From: Eledone cirrhosa
Taxonomy: Eukaryota
Direction: 5' to 3'
Length of the DNA: 64,000 nucleotides
NCBI GenBank assembly: GCA_964016885.1
Contig: OZ024741.1
Span: 318,866,001 to 318,930,000 of the forward strand
The notes beneath the pieces are model-generated. The model searched no databases, had not been told where the DNA came from, and worked only from the letters and a program-made list of their open reading frames with translations. Both the position numbers and the translations under genes were made by a program. Positions 29,410 through 40,101 of the stretch are shown piece after piece. The stretch's first letter is position 1. Every line of letters begins with the position of its first letter.

Positions 29410-32400
29410 ACACATGCAACCACACACATGTAACCACACAACCACACACATGTAACCACACAACCACACACATGTAACCACACACATGTAACCACACAAC
29501 CACACACATGCAACCACACACATGTAACCACACAACCACACACATGTAACCACACAACCACACACATGTAACCACACACATGTAACCACACAACCACACA
29601 CATGTAACCACACACATGTAACCACACAACCACACACATGGAACCAAACAACCACACACATGGAACCACACAACCACACACATGCAACCACACACATGTA
29701 ACCACACAACCACACACATGTAACCTCACAGCCACACACATATAACCACACACATGTAACCTCACAACCACACACATATAACCACACACATGTAACCTCA
29801 CAACCACACACATGTAACCACACAACCACAAACATGTAACCTCACAGCCACACACATATAACCACACACATGTAACCTCACAGCCACACACATATAACCA
29901 CACACATGTAACCTCACAACCACACACATGTAACCACACAACCACAAACATGTAACCACACACATGTAACCACACACATGTAACCATACACATGTAACCA
30001 CACACATGTAACCACACACATGCAACCACACAACCACACACATGCAACCACACAACCACACACATGTAACCACACACATGTAACCACACACATGTAACCA
30101 CACAACCACACACATGTAACCACACAACCACACACATATAACCACACACATGTAACCTCACAACCACACACATGTAACCACACACATGTAACCACACACA
30201 TGCAACCACACACATGTAACGACACAACCACACACATGCAACCACACACATGTAACCACACAACCACACAACCACACACATGTCACCACACAACCACACA
30301 CATGTAACCTCACAACCACACACATGCAACCACACAACCACACATATGTAACCACACAACCACACACATGTAACCACACAACCACACACATGTAACCACA
30401 CAACCACACACATGTAACCACACATATGTAACCACACAACCACACACATGTAACCACACAACCACACAACCACACACATATAACCACACAACCACACACA
30501 TGTAACCACACAACCACACACATGTAACCACACAACCACACACATGTAACTACACAACCACACACATGTAACCACACAACCACACACATGTAACCACACA
30601 CATGTAACCACACACATGTAACCACACAACCACACACATGTAACCACACAACCACACACATGTAACCACACAACCACACACATGTAACCACACAACCACA
30701 CAACCACACACATATAACCACACAACCACACACATGTAACCACACAACCACACACATGTAACCACACAACCACACACATGTAACCACACAACCACACACA
30801 TGTAACCACACAACCACACACATGTAACCACACAACCACACACATGTAACCACACAACCACACAACCACACACATATAACCACACAACCACACACATGTA
30901 ACCACACAACCACACACATGTAACCACACAACCACACACATGTAACTACACAACCACACACATGTAACCTCACAACCACACAACCACACACATGTAACCA
31001 CACACCCACACACATGTAACCACACAACCACACACATGTAACCACACAACCACACACATGTAACCTCACAACCACACACATGTAACCTCACAACCACACA
31101 ACCACACACATGTAACCACACACATGTAACCACACAACCACACACATGTAACCACACAACCACACACATGTAACCACACACATGCAACCACACAACCACA
31201 CACATGTAACCACACACATGTAACCACACAACCACACACATGTAACCTCACAACCACACACATGTAACCACACAACCACACACATGTAACCACACACATG
31301 TAACCTCACAACCACACACATGTAACCTCACAACCACACACATGGAACCACACAACCACACACATGTAACCTCACAACCACACACATGTAACCTCACAAC
31401 CACACACATGTAACCTCACAACCACACAACCACACACATGCAACCACACAACCACACACATGCAACCTCACAACCACACACATGCAAGTACACAACCACA
31501 CACATGCAACCACACAACCACACACATGCAACCACACAACCACACAACCACACACATGCAAGTACACAACCACACACATGCAACCACACAACCACACACA
31601 TGCAACCACACAACCACACAACCACACACATGCAAGTACACAACCACACACATGCAACTACACAACCACACACATGCAACCACACAACCACACACATGCA
31701 ACTACACAACCACACACATGCAACTACACAACCACACACATGCAAGTACACAACCGCACACATGCAACCACACAACCACACACATGCAACCACACAACCA
31801 CACACATGCAACCACACAACCACACAACCACACACACATGCAACTACACAACCACACACATGCAACTACACAACCACACACATGCAACCACACAACCACA
31901 CAGACATGCAACCCCACAACCACACACATGCAACCACACAACCACACACATGTACCACACAACCACACACATGTAACCACACAACCACACACATGTAACC
32001 TCACAACCACACACATGTAACCACACAACCACACACATGTAACTACACAACCACACACATGTAACTACACAACCACACACATGGAACCACACAACCACAC
32101 ACATGTAACTACACAACCACACACATGTAACTACACAACCACACACATGGAACCACACAACCACACACATGGAACCACACACACATGGAACCACACACAT
32201 GTAACCTCACAACCACACACATGTAACCACACAACCACACACATATAACCACACAACCACACACATGTAACCTCACAACCACACATGTAACCACACAACC
32301 ACACACATGTAACCACACACATGTAACCTCACAACCACACACGTAACGACACAACCACACACATGTAACCACACACATGTAACCACACACATGCAACCAC

Positions 32401-33200
32401 ACAACCACACACATGTAACCACACACATGTAACCACACAACCACACACATGTAACCACACAACCACACACATGTAACCACACACATGTAACCTCACAACC
32501 ACACACATGTAACCACACACATGTAACCACACACATGCAACCACACACATGTAACCTCACAACCACACACATGTAACCTCACAACCACACAACCACACAC
32601 ATGTAACCTCACAACCACACACATGTAACCTCACAACCACACATGTAACCTCACAACCACACAACCACACACATGCAAGTACACAACCACACACATGCAA
32701 CCACACAACCACACACATGCAACCACACACATGCAACCACACACATGCAACCACACAACCACACACATGCAAGTACACAACCACACACATGCAACTACAC
32801 AACCACACACATGCAACCACACAACCACACAGACATGCAACCACACAACCACACAACCACACACATGCAACTACACAACCACACACATGCAACTACACAA
32901 CCACACACATGCAAGTACACAACCGCACACATGCAACCACACAACCACACACATGCAACCACACAACCACACACACATGCAACTACACAACCACACACAT
33001 GCAACTACACAACCACACACATGCAACCACACAACCACACAGACATGCAACCCCACAACCACACACATGCAACCACACAACCACACACATGCAACCACAC
33101 AACCACATACATGCAACTACACAACCACACAACCACACACACATGCAACTACACACACACACACGTGCAACCACACAACCACACACACACATGCAAACAC
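29410..33200. repeat. ~3.8 kb CA-rich minisatellite, 22-bp unit AACCACACAACCACACACATG(T/C) built from 8-bp and 14-bp modules
   Basis: Direct: 14-, 22- and 30-bp units; source of the Cys/Val and His/Thr ORFs. Confidence 0.98.
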
Positions 33201-33470
33201 ACACCACAAGATAAACGGAAACCGCCACTAAAATCCTATTTCTTTCTTTCACTCGTTTTTTTTTAAATCCTCCAGAAACTTATTCTTTGACAAATTTTAG
33301 CCCCTTCCCCAAGGACCCCTTTCTTTCATATTTATACTGTTATTTGTATTTTTATTCTTGCTTTTACCTGCAAGCCCTAAAAATATATTTTATCTTTTAA
33401 CCCCAGGTACACACACATATCACAAGACAAAACAAAAACTTTATATCCACTCTTAGTTATTTCTAGCTAT
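33185..33470. repeat. Right member of the diverged inverted-repeat pair (partner 28640-29045)
   Basis: See the left member; also ATCCACTCTTAGTTATTTCTA vs TAGAAATAGTTAAGAATGGAT. Confidence 0.8.
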
Positions 33471-33903
33471 TTTCACAAACATTGAAAATAATTTGAACTC
33501 TTAACCCAATAGAACTCCACATACGCAGACGCACGCACATGCACACACACACACCCACACACGCACACGCACGCGCACGCACGCACATGCACGCACACAC
33601 ACACACCCACACACTACAGAACAATAAAATGGCATCTAGACCATTATTATGAACAGAAAAGGAATTTTCTAGTGAAATCTAGTGAAATCAACTGAACTGT
33701 TGAACCCCACCTTCACAAAGAACATTTATATTAGAAGAAATTTTGACAGAAAATTCCCATAGGTTCTAAGTGTACACAGAATATGAGGACAAACTTTTAA
33801 AATATTTGATAAGATTGACATACCAATTGAAACCAGTAATATTTAATTAAACTTACATCCATTTAATGTAACAATTATAAAAATATTCATTCTGTTAGAT
33901 TAA

Positions 33904-34121
33904 CCCTTTACCATTTACATTACTCTATATCTATTGTATTTTTGTGGTAAAGGCTTTATCTTATATAATTATCTCACATAATATCGAATCTATGAGATTT
34001 TGATGTTATTTATTTTGAGAACAATACCTTAACAGCAGTATGAGTGGCCAGTTACAGCCAGTTTGAACAGAAAGAGGTGAGAGAATTCTGGCCGGATACA
34101 GCCGGTTTAAATGCTAAAGGG
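33904..34121. mobile_element. piggyBac-like MITE (~218 bp)
   Basis: TTAA at 33900-33903 and 34122-34125; 14-bp TIR CCCTTTACCATTTA ... TAAATGCTAAAGGG (1 mismatch); CCC/GGG termini. Confidence 0.85.
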
Positions 34122-34185
34122 TTAAAGAAGAAAATAATCTTTAAATATACTCCTGTGATTTTTAACTTTTATTTTTTACCTATAA

Positions 34186-36123
34186 CACTGGTCAACAGCC
34201 AAAATGGTTCTTACATATGAATATATGCTTCTTATTAATTTTCTAGTGCTGAATTCAGTTTTGACACTAATTTTTTGTTATCGAACCAGGATTTCTGTAT
34301 ATTGGATGGGAAATATGTTCTGCATACAGTCATTTCTATCCCTTTTTTAACATATGGTGAGGTATGTATATATACTAACTAGTGATTTATTTTGCTTTAT
34401 TGGTTTTAACAATACTTCATCTATTGAGAAAAATGGAAGGAGTCTTAAAACCTTTTCCTGATTTTGCTTCTAGTCTTTTCTGCGGGTTGTCCTCACATTG
34501 CAGTGTCCAGCAGCAGTCTCTCAACGAATGATTTCCATGCAGCAGTCTCAAAAGGGTTTAGTGTTTTAGCAAACTCACTATCATTAACCAACATGCGAAT
34601 CTGAGCACCATTCAACATCCCCGCTTTTAACTTTGCTTCAGATACCACACCAGCCAACTTCTTACACAAGTACTGAAACCCATTTCCTGTATGATCCATG
34701 CCTTTTAGGAAATTTTTTGCAGGAATACTTTTTCTGGCTCTACTAGGAGTTTGTACAGGTAGTTGAACCTTCCTGTGCCATTCTTTCGTCTTGCTGGCCA
34801 ATTCTTTTTGAAGTAGTGCTCCGCATCTGTTCTACTATTCCACAAACACAGAAAGCTCATATGCTTTGTGTAACCAGTCTGAAGACCTAGAATAAGATTA
34901 ATTACTTTGAGATCCCCACATATTTTCCCCTGGTGCTTTTGGTACTCAATAGAGGAAAGCAAAATTTTCATTATTTCATAATTTTCAGCCATATTTATTG
35001 CATGAGTATTTGGTACAGAGGAAATCTGATTTCCAATATGTAGGAAGGCGGCTTTTAGTGTATTTTTGCCTGAATCAATGAAAAGCCTCCAATCATCTTA
35101 TTTGTATGAATCAGATTTGCAGAGTTGTTGCATGAGAGACTCTGCATCATGATAATAGCAAAGGTTATTTTCTGTTTTGAAAAATGCAGAAAGTTGTTCA
35201 TGCCGATGACGAGCGGACACTGAGTTCCAGCAGGTTACGTTGCTTCAGTCTTGGTCCCAGTACCTCTGCCTTTTCTTTAGACAAATCTAGGTCCCTAATA
35301 AGATCAGGAAGAGCTCCCTGGTTAAATGGTACAGGTTCAGTTGGCTCTGGTTCGTCTTGAGAGTCATCATCCATAGAGCTGCTACTGGAATCAGAATCCG
35401 TGCTTAGCTCGTGTTCAGCAGGTGAAACTGGAACCAGTAATTCTTCATTGTGTATTACTGGTCAGATTGCTGAAGGGATATTGGGGTATTGTATTGTAAT
35501 TTGTGTCTTGACAGTTATTCCGTTGATGTTTGTAAGTCGGAAGTAGCAGTCATTATTATGGTTTCCGGGTTCTCGCCACACCATTGGTATGGCAAAAGCT
35601 TCGCTTTCCGGTCATCCATTCACTCAGGTGATTGACACACGATCTACACACTATATGAGGTGCCTATTTCTTGTCTTGATTTCCTAATGGGATTTTAAAG
35701 TAGGCTTTTAGTTTAACCAAACTGCCTTGGTGATAGGTTTCTTAATGCTTTCTGGAGTGAAGAGTCCACAAATATAACAAAATCGGTTGGGATCATTTAC
35801 ACATTTGCGGCATTCCATCTTTTCCAATAGAGTCAGTGATTGTGAATTATTACAATAACAGCATTGGCTAGTTGTAAGTGAGTGATCTGAAGCAAAAGAA
35901 AATCAAAAGTCAGTTAATAATAAGCAAATATAATGGATGTAACATGGAGAAAATAATATGAGCTGCCTAATATGAGTCACAAAAACTATTATGTTGGTTC
36001 TCGAAAACTAGACCCAATACGGCTTGACTGTTGTCATATTCCAATTCAGCAACTTTGATTACCCCTAACTCAGACCAGATCATACCAGAAACATGAAAAA
36101 AAAAATTTTTTTGTTGACCAGTG
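34186..36123 (-). mobile_element. Chapaev3-like (CMC superfamily) DNA transposon, internally deleted, non-autonomous
   Basis: 12-bp TIR CACTGGTCAACA / TGTTGACCAGTG and TAA TSD (34183-34185, 36124-36126). Family assignment rests on recalled Chapaev3 hallmarks (CAC..GTG ends, TWA TSD) and protein motifs. Confidence 0.82.
34420..35818 (-). pseudogene. Chapaev3-like transposase pseudogene
   Basis: Reads MECRKCVNDPNRFCYICG, AIPMVWREPGNHNNDCYF, LIRDLDLSKEKAEVLG, WRLFIDSGKNTLKAAFLHIGN, ICGDLKVINLILGLQTGYTK and LCLWNSR, with several stops and frameshifts. Confidence 0.82.
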
Positions 36124-36304
36124 TAATCTTTGATTTGTATGGAACTTTACCCCCCAACCCTTTTCAACTATACATATTAAACCTTCCCCCACTTCCTCTA
36201 AGTGTGAACCTAATAAGACTATTTTTGCATACCTGTGTTTGTTTTGTTTTATTTATCAACTATATATATATATATCAACTATATATATATATATATATAT
36301 CATT

Positions 36305-36510
36305 CATTCATTTTCATTTCATTTTACGTCCGCTTTTTCCCTGCTTGCAAGGGTGGGACGGGAACTGATTCTGGCTTGGTTTCTACAGCTGGATGCCCTT
36401 CCGAACACCAACCTCATTTACAGTGCTTTTTTACCATGGCACGTCCACTTTACAGTGAGTGCTGGGTGCTTTTTTGCCATGGCACCTCCACGACCACTTT
36501 GCAGTGGAAT
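36305..36510 (-). mobile_element. RTE 3'-end fragment
   Basis: Reverse complement of the RTE 3'UTR (TTTCTACAGCTGGATGCCCTTCCGAACACCAACC; GCTGGGTGCTTTT). Confidence 0.8.
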
Positions 36511-36529
36511 GATAGGGACCCCAGTCCCT

Positions 36530-36671
36530 ATCATCTCATTTCTACAGCTGAGTAAACTGGAGCAATGTGAAATAAAGTGTCTTGCTCAAGGAAACAACAC
36601 ATCACCCGGTCTGAGAATTGAACTCACAGCCCTTCGATTGCAAGGCTCTAACCACTAAGCTACATGCCTCC
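36530..36671 (-). mobile_element. tRNA-derived SINE, second family (5' part)
   Basis: Minus strand GAGGCATGTAGCTTAGTGGTTAGAG (A box), GAGTTCAATTC (B box), TTGAGCAAGACACTTTATTTCACATTGCTCCAG; related to 50035-50290. Confidence 0.8.
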
Positions 36672-36679
36672 ATATATAT

Positions 36680-37320
36680 ATAAACTTAAGAAAATTAACA
36701 GAGAACAAGACAATGAATGGATACAAATTAAAACAAAAAACAATTTTTTTAAGGGAAACCTAAAAAAATTATTTTTTTTAAATTGAAATACAAACGAAGG
36801 TCACAGAACTCCATGGTCATCAGCCTTTGAGATGGAATTTGGTAGTTTCGACCCCTACCAACAGTACAGCTGGTTCACCCAGAGTCACAGCATCTGATAT
36901 AAGCCAAACAGTGTCCAGTGGAGTAAGAGATGAGAGACAAAACATTTATTTATAGCAATTAAGCTACAAAACACATAGAACTTGGTGTGACATTAGGGAA
37001 AAAACGTGGTGCCTCTTATAGCCCAAAAGACAGGAATGAAACAAAGAAAAAAAGGAAGAAAAAAGAAGAGAAGAAGAAAAGCAAGAAGAAGTAAGACATT
37101 GTGTTAAAAAATGTAAGCCATTGCAATAAATGCGGGGAGAAGACAATACATTCATCACATTAGTAGATAAACGTAAGAAAATTAACAGACAGGACAAGAC
37201 AATGCAGAGACAAAACATTAATTTACAAAACAGAGACAAAACATTAATTTATAGCAATTAAGCTGCAAAACAAATAGAATTTGGTGTGACGTGGGGGAAA
37301 AAGCATGGTGCCTCTTATAA
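36680..37320. repeat. AT-rich element with an ~87-bp direct repeat (36934-37020 and 37233-37319), possibly a Penelope-like terminal repeat remnant
   Basis: Direct repeat GAGACAAAACATT...GTGGTGCCTCTTATA seen twice; AAGAAAATTAACAGA.. also twice. The Penelope assignment is inference. Confidence 0.55.
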
Positions 37321-37354
37321 CATATATATATATATATTTATATAATATATATAT

Positions 37355-38621
37355 AAGACTAAAGTTCTAGTTTGTAGGAAGGAAAATAGGGCACCGGTCC
37401 CATCTGGAAAATGGCCATGCTCAGTGTGTAGGAAAGGAGTAGGCAGAAACTCCATTTTATGTCCCAAATGCAAAGTATGGGTGCATAAAAGATGTAGTGG
37501 GATCACAGGTAAGCTAACTAAGAATATAGATTTTATATGTGGCCGATGCTCTGGTGCAATAAGTAGTAGCAAGTGCCCACAGAATACTAGCTCATTCCAT
37601 TGCACAGATGGTTCTATAGAAATAGTGGACACCTTCCGTTACCTGGGTGACAAAATCAACAGTGGGGGAGGGTGCTCTGAAAGTACAGTAGCTAGAGTCA
37701 GAACGGGATGGAAAAAGTTCAGAGAGCTTATACCACTATTGGCCGCTAAAGGGTTCTTTCTAAAAATGAAAGGCAGGCTGTATGATGCCTGCATACGAAC
37801 AGCAATGTTACATGGCAGTGAGACCTGGGCATTGTGTGCAGGGGATATACGCAAACTGGAGAGAAACGAAGCTTGCATGCTCTGCTGGATGTGTAATAGT
37901 AATATATGTGAACGGCAAAGCATAAATGAACTAAGGGAGAAATTAGGAATAAGAGGGATCAGATGTTGTTTACTCGAGAGAAGACTACGTTGGTACGGTC
38001 ACGTGATGCGCATGAAAGACGACAGCTGTATAAAAAAGTGCAGGGCGATAAAAATAGACGGTAGCCACGGAGTAGGCAGACCCAGAAAAACCTGTGACGA
38101 CTTGATAAATTCCGACCTCACACACTTACACCTCTCCAAGACAATGTCACTGGACCGAGATCTTTGGCACTACACAGTCATACCGAAGACCCGCCTTGCC
38201 TAAGTACAAAACGAAACCTACAGTCAATAGGCACCTCTAACAAAATACCCCCCCACACACACACACACACTCACACACCCCATCCCCCACACCCCGTCCC
38301 ACTACCCCCACCCCATCCACACCACCCCCTTAAATGTGAAGTTATGTTGGTACCACAACATCCAGTCCGAAACAAATGAGGTCGTGTAGGTGTCACGACA
38401 AAAAAACACACAGTCCACGCTGTAATGTGGCCGTGTAGGTAACACGGTAAAAACCTCCCAGTCCACACTGTAAACGTGGTTGGTGTTAGGAAGGGCATCC
38501 ACCCTAGAAAACCCGCCAGACAGTCCTATACGAGCAGGACAACAAATCTTGCCTCAAGTGGGAAACCTCCCATCCAAACCCATGCAAGCGTGGAAGATGG
38601 ACGTTAAACGATGATGATGAT
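37355..38621 (+). mobile_element. 5'-truncated RTE LINE (subfamily A) with open reading frame
   Basis: ORF 37424-38203: intact PHD-type finger, FRYLGD, RLRWYGHVMRM, GRPRKT; 3'UTR and (GAT)n tail; (TA)n on both sides. Confidence 0.94.
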
Positions 38622-38628
38622 ATATATG

Positions 38629-38690
<62 letters not shown>

Positions 38691-38761
38691 AATATATATA
38701 TATATATATATTTATATAAAAGCGTGGTCCTCTTATAGTATATATATATATATATTTAACC

Positions 38762-38834
38762 TAGCTGTCTGATGAATGATCTAGACATATATTAATATTG
38801 TCTAGGGTCCCTGAAACCTTTGGTAATGGAGTAG
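38762..38834 (+). ncRNA. Candidate minimal type I hammerhead ribozyme motif (Penelope-type), degenerate
   Basis: CTGATGA 38769-38775, hairpin CTAGACA/TGTCTAG, GAAAC 38813-38817, mini-stem ACC-ttt-GGT followed by A. Stem I and the base of stem II are weak. Confidence 0.5.
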
Positions 38835-38921
38835 TTATATATTGTGTTGTTCACTTTCAAATTAAATAGCTCTGTTCTACACATAGAGCACTCTTTTTTG
38901 CTTTTTCTTCGGAAATACCTA

Positions 38922-38963
<42 letters not shown>

Positions 38964-38968
<5 letters not shown>

Positions 38969-40039
38969 CTTGCTCAGTATGTAGGAAAGGTGTAGGTAGG
39001 AACTCCATTCTCTGCCCCAAATGCAAACAATGGGTACACAAGAGATGTAGCGGGATCTCAGGAAGCTTAAGGATGTAGGCTTCACATGCAGCAGCTGTGC
39101 TGGGACAGCAAGCAGCAAACAGCCACAGGAAACAAGTACCACCAATCTCTGGGAGGGCTCTGTAAAAACAGTAGACAGCTTCTGCTACCTAGGTGACTGA
39201 ATTAGCAGCGGAGGTGGGTGTTCAGAAAGTACAATAACTAGGGTAAGAACGGGATGGAAGAAGTTTAGGGAACTACTACCAATGCTAGCTGCAAAAGGCT
39301 TCTCCCTCAAAATGAAAGGCAGACTGTATGATGTGTGTATCCGAACAGCGATGTTGCATGGTAGTGAGACCTGGGCGCTGAAGGTGGAAGATTTACGTAG
39401 ATTAGAGAGAAACGAAGCCTGCATGCTCCGATGGATGTGTAATAGTAATATACGCGAACGACAAAGCATAAATGAATTGAGAGAAAGACTGAGCATAAGA
39501 GGAATCAAATGCTGTGTGCAGGAGAGGCGGTTGCGTTGGTATGGACATGTGATGCGTATGAAGGATGACAGCTGCATAAAAAGGTGCAGAGCACTAGAAG
39601 TCGATGGAAACCGTGGAGTGGGGAGACCCAAGATGACCTGGGATGAGGTGATAAAAGCCGACCTTACCCAATTACACCTCTCAAAGGCGATGACACACGA
39701 CCGTGACCTCTGGCGTTACGCAGTAATACAGAGTACCCGACCTCCCATGGGTACAAGCTGAAGCATATAGACAATATGCCCCCACACACCCCACTGCAAG
39801 GTGGTCGTGGAGGTGCCACGGCAAAAAAGCACCCAGCCCACACTGTAAAGTGGACGTGTAGGCGCCACGAAAAAGCACCCAGCACTCACTGTAAGTTGGT
39901 GTTAGGAAAGGCATCCAGCTGTAGAAATCAAGCCAAATCAGTTCCTGTATGAGCAAGGCATGGTCAGCCGACCAGACACTGCCCACAACAGGACAACCCG
40001 TCTAACCCATGCTAGCGTGGAAGAACAGACGTAAAACGG

Positions 40040-40070
<31 letters not shown>
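38964..40070 (+). mobile_element. 5'-truncated RTE LINE (subfamily B)
   Basis: Closely similar to 27246-28334; ORF 39282-39761 covers the RT C-terminal region; (GAT)n tail; (TA)n flanks. Confidence 0.93.
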
Positions 40071-40101
40071 ATAAATATATATATATATGTATATATATAT
40101 A

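Noticed and set aside
29359-33266. Cys/Val/Trp-rich and His/Thr-rich ORFs resembling metallothionein or keratin-associated proteins
   Set aside because: Units of 14 and 22 bp are not multiples of 3, the same motifs rotate through all frames, and there is no unique coding flank.
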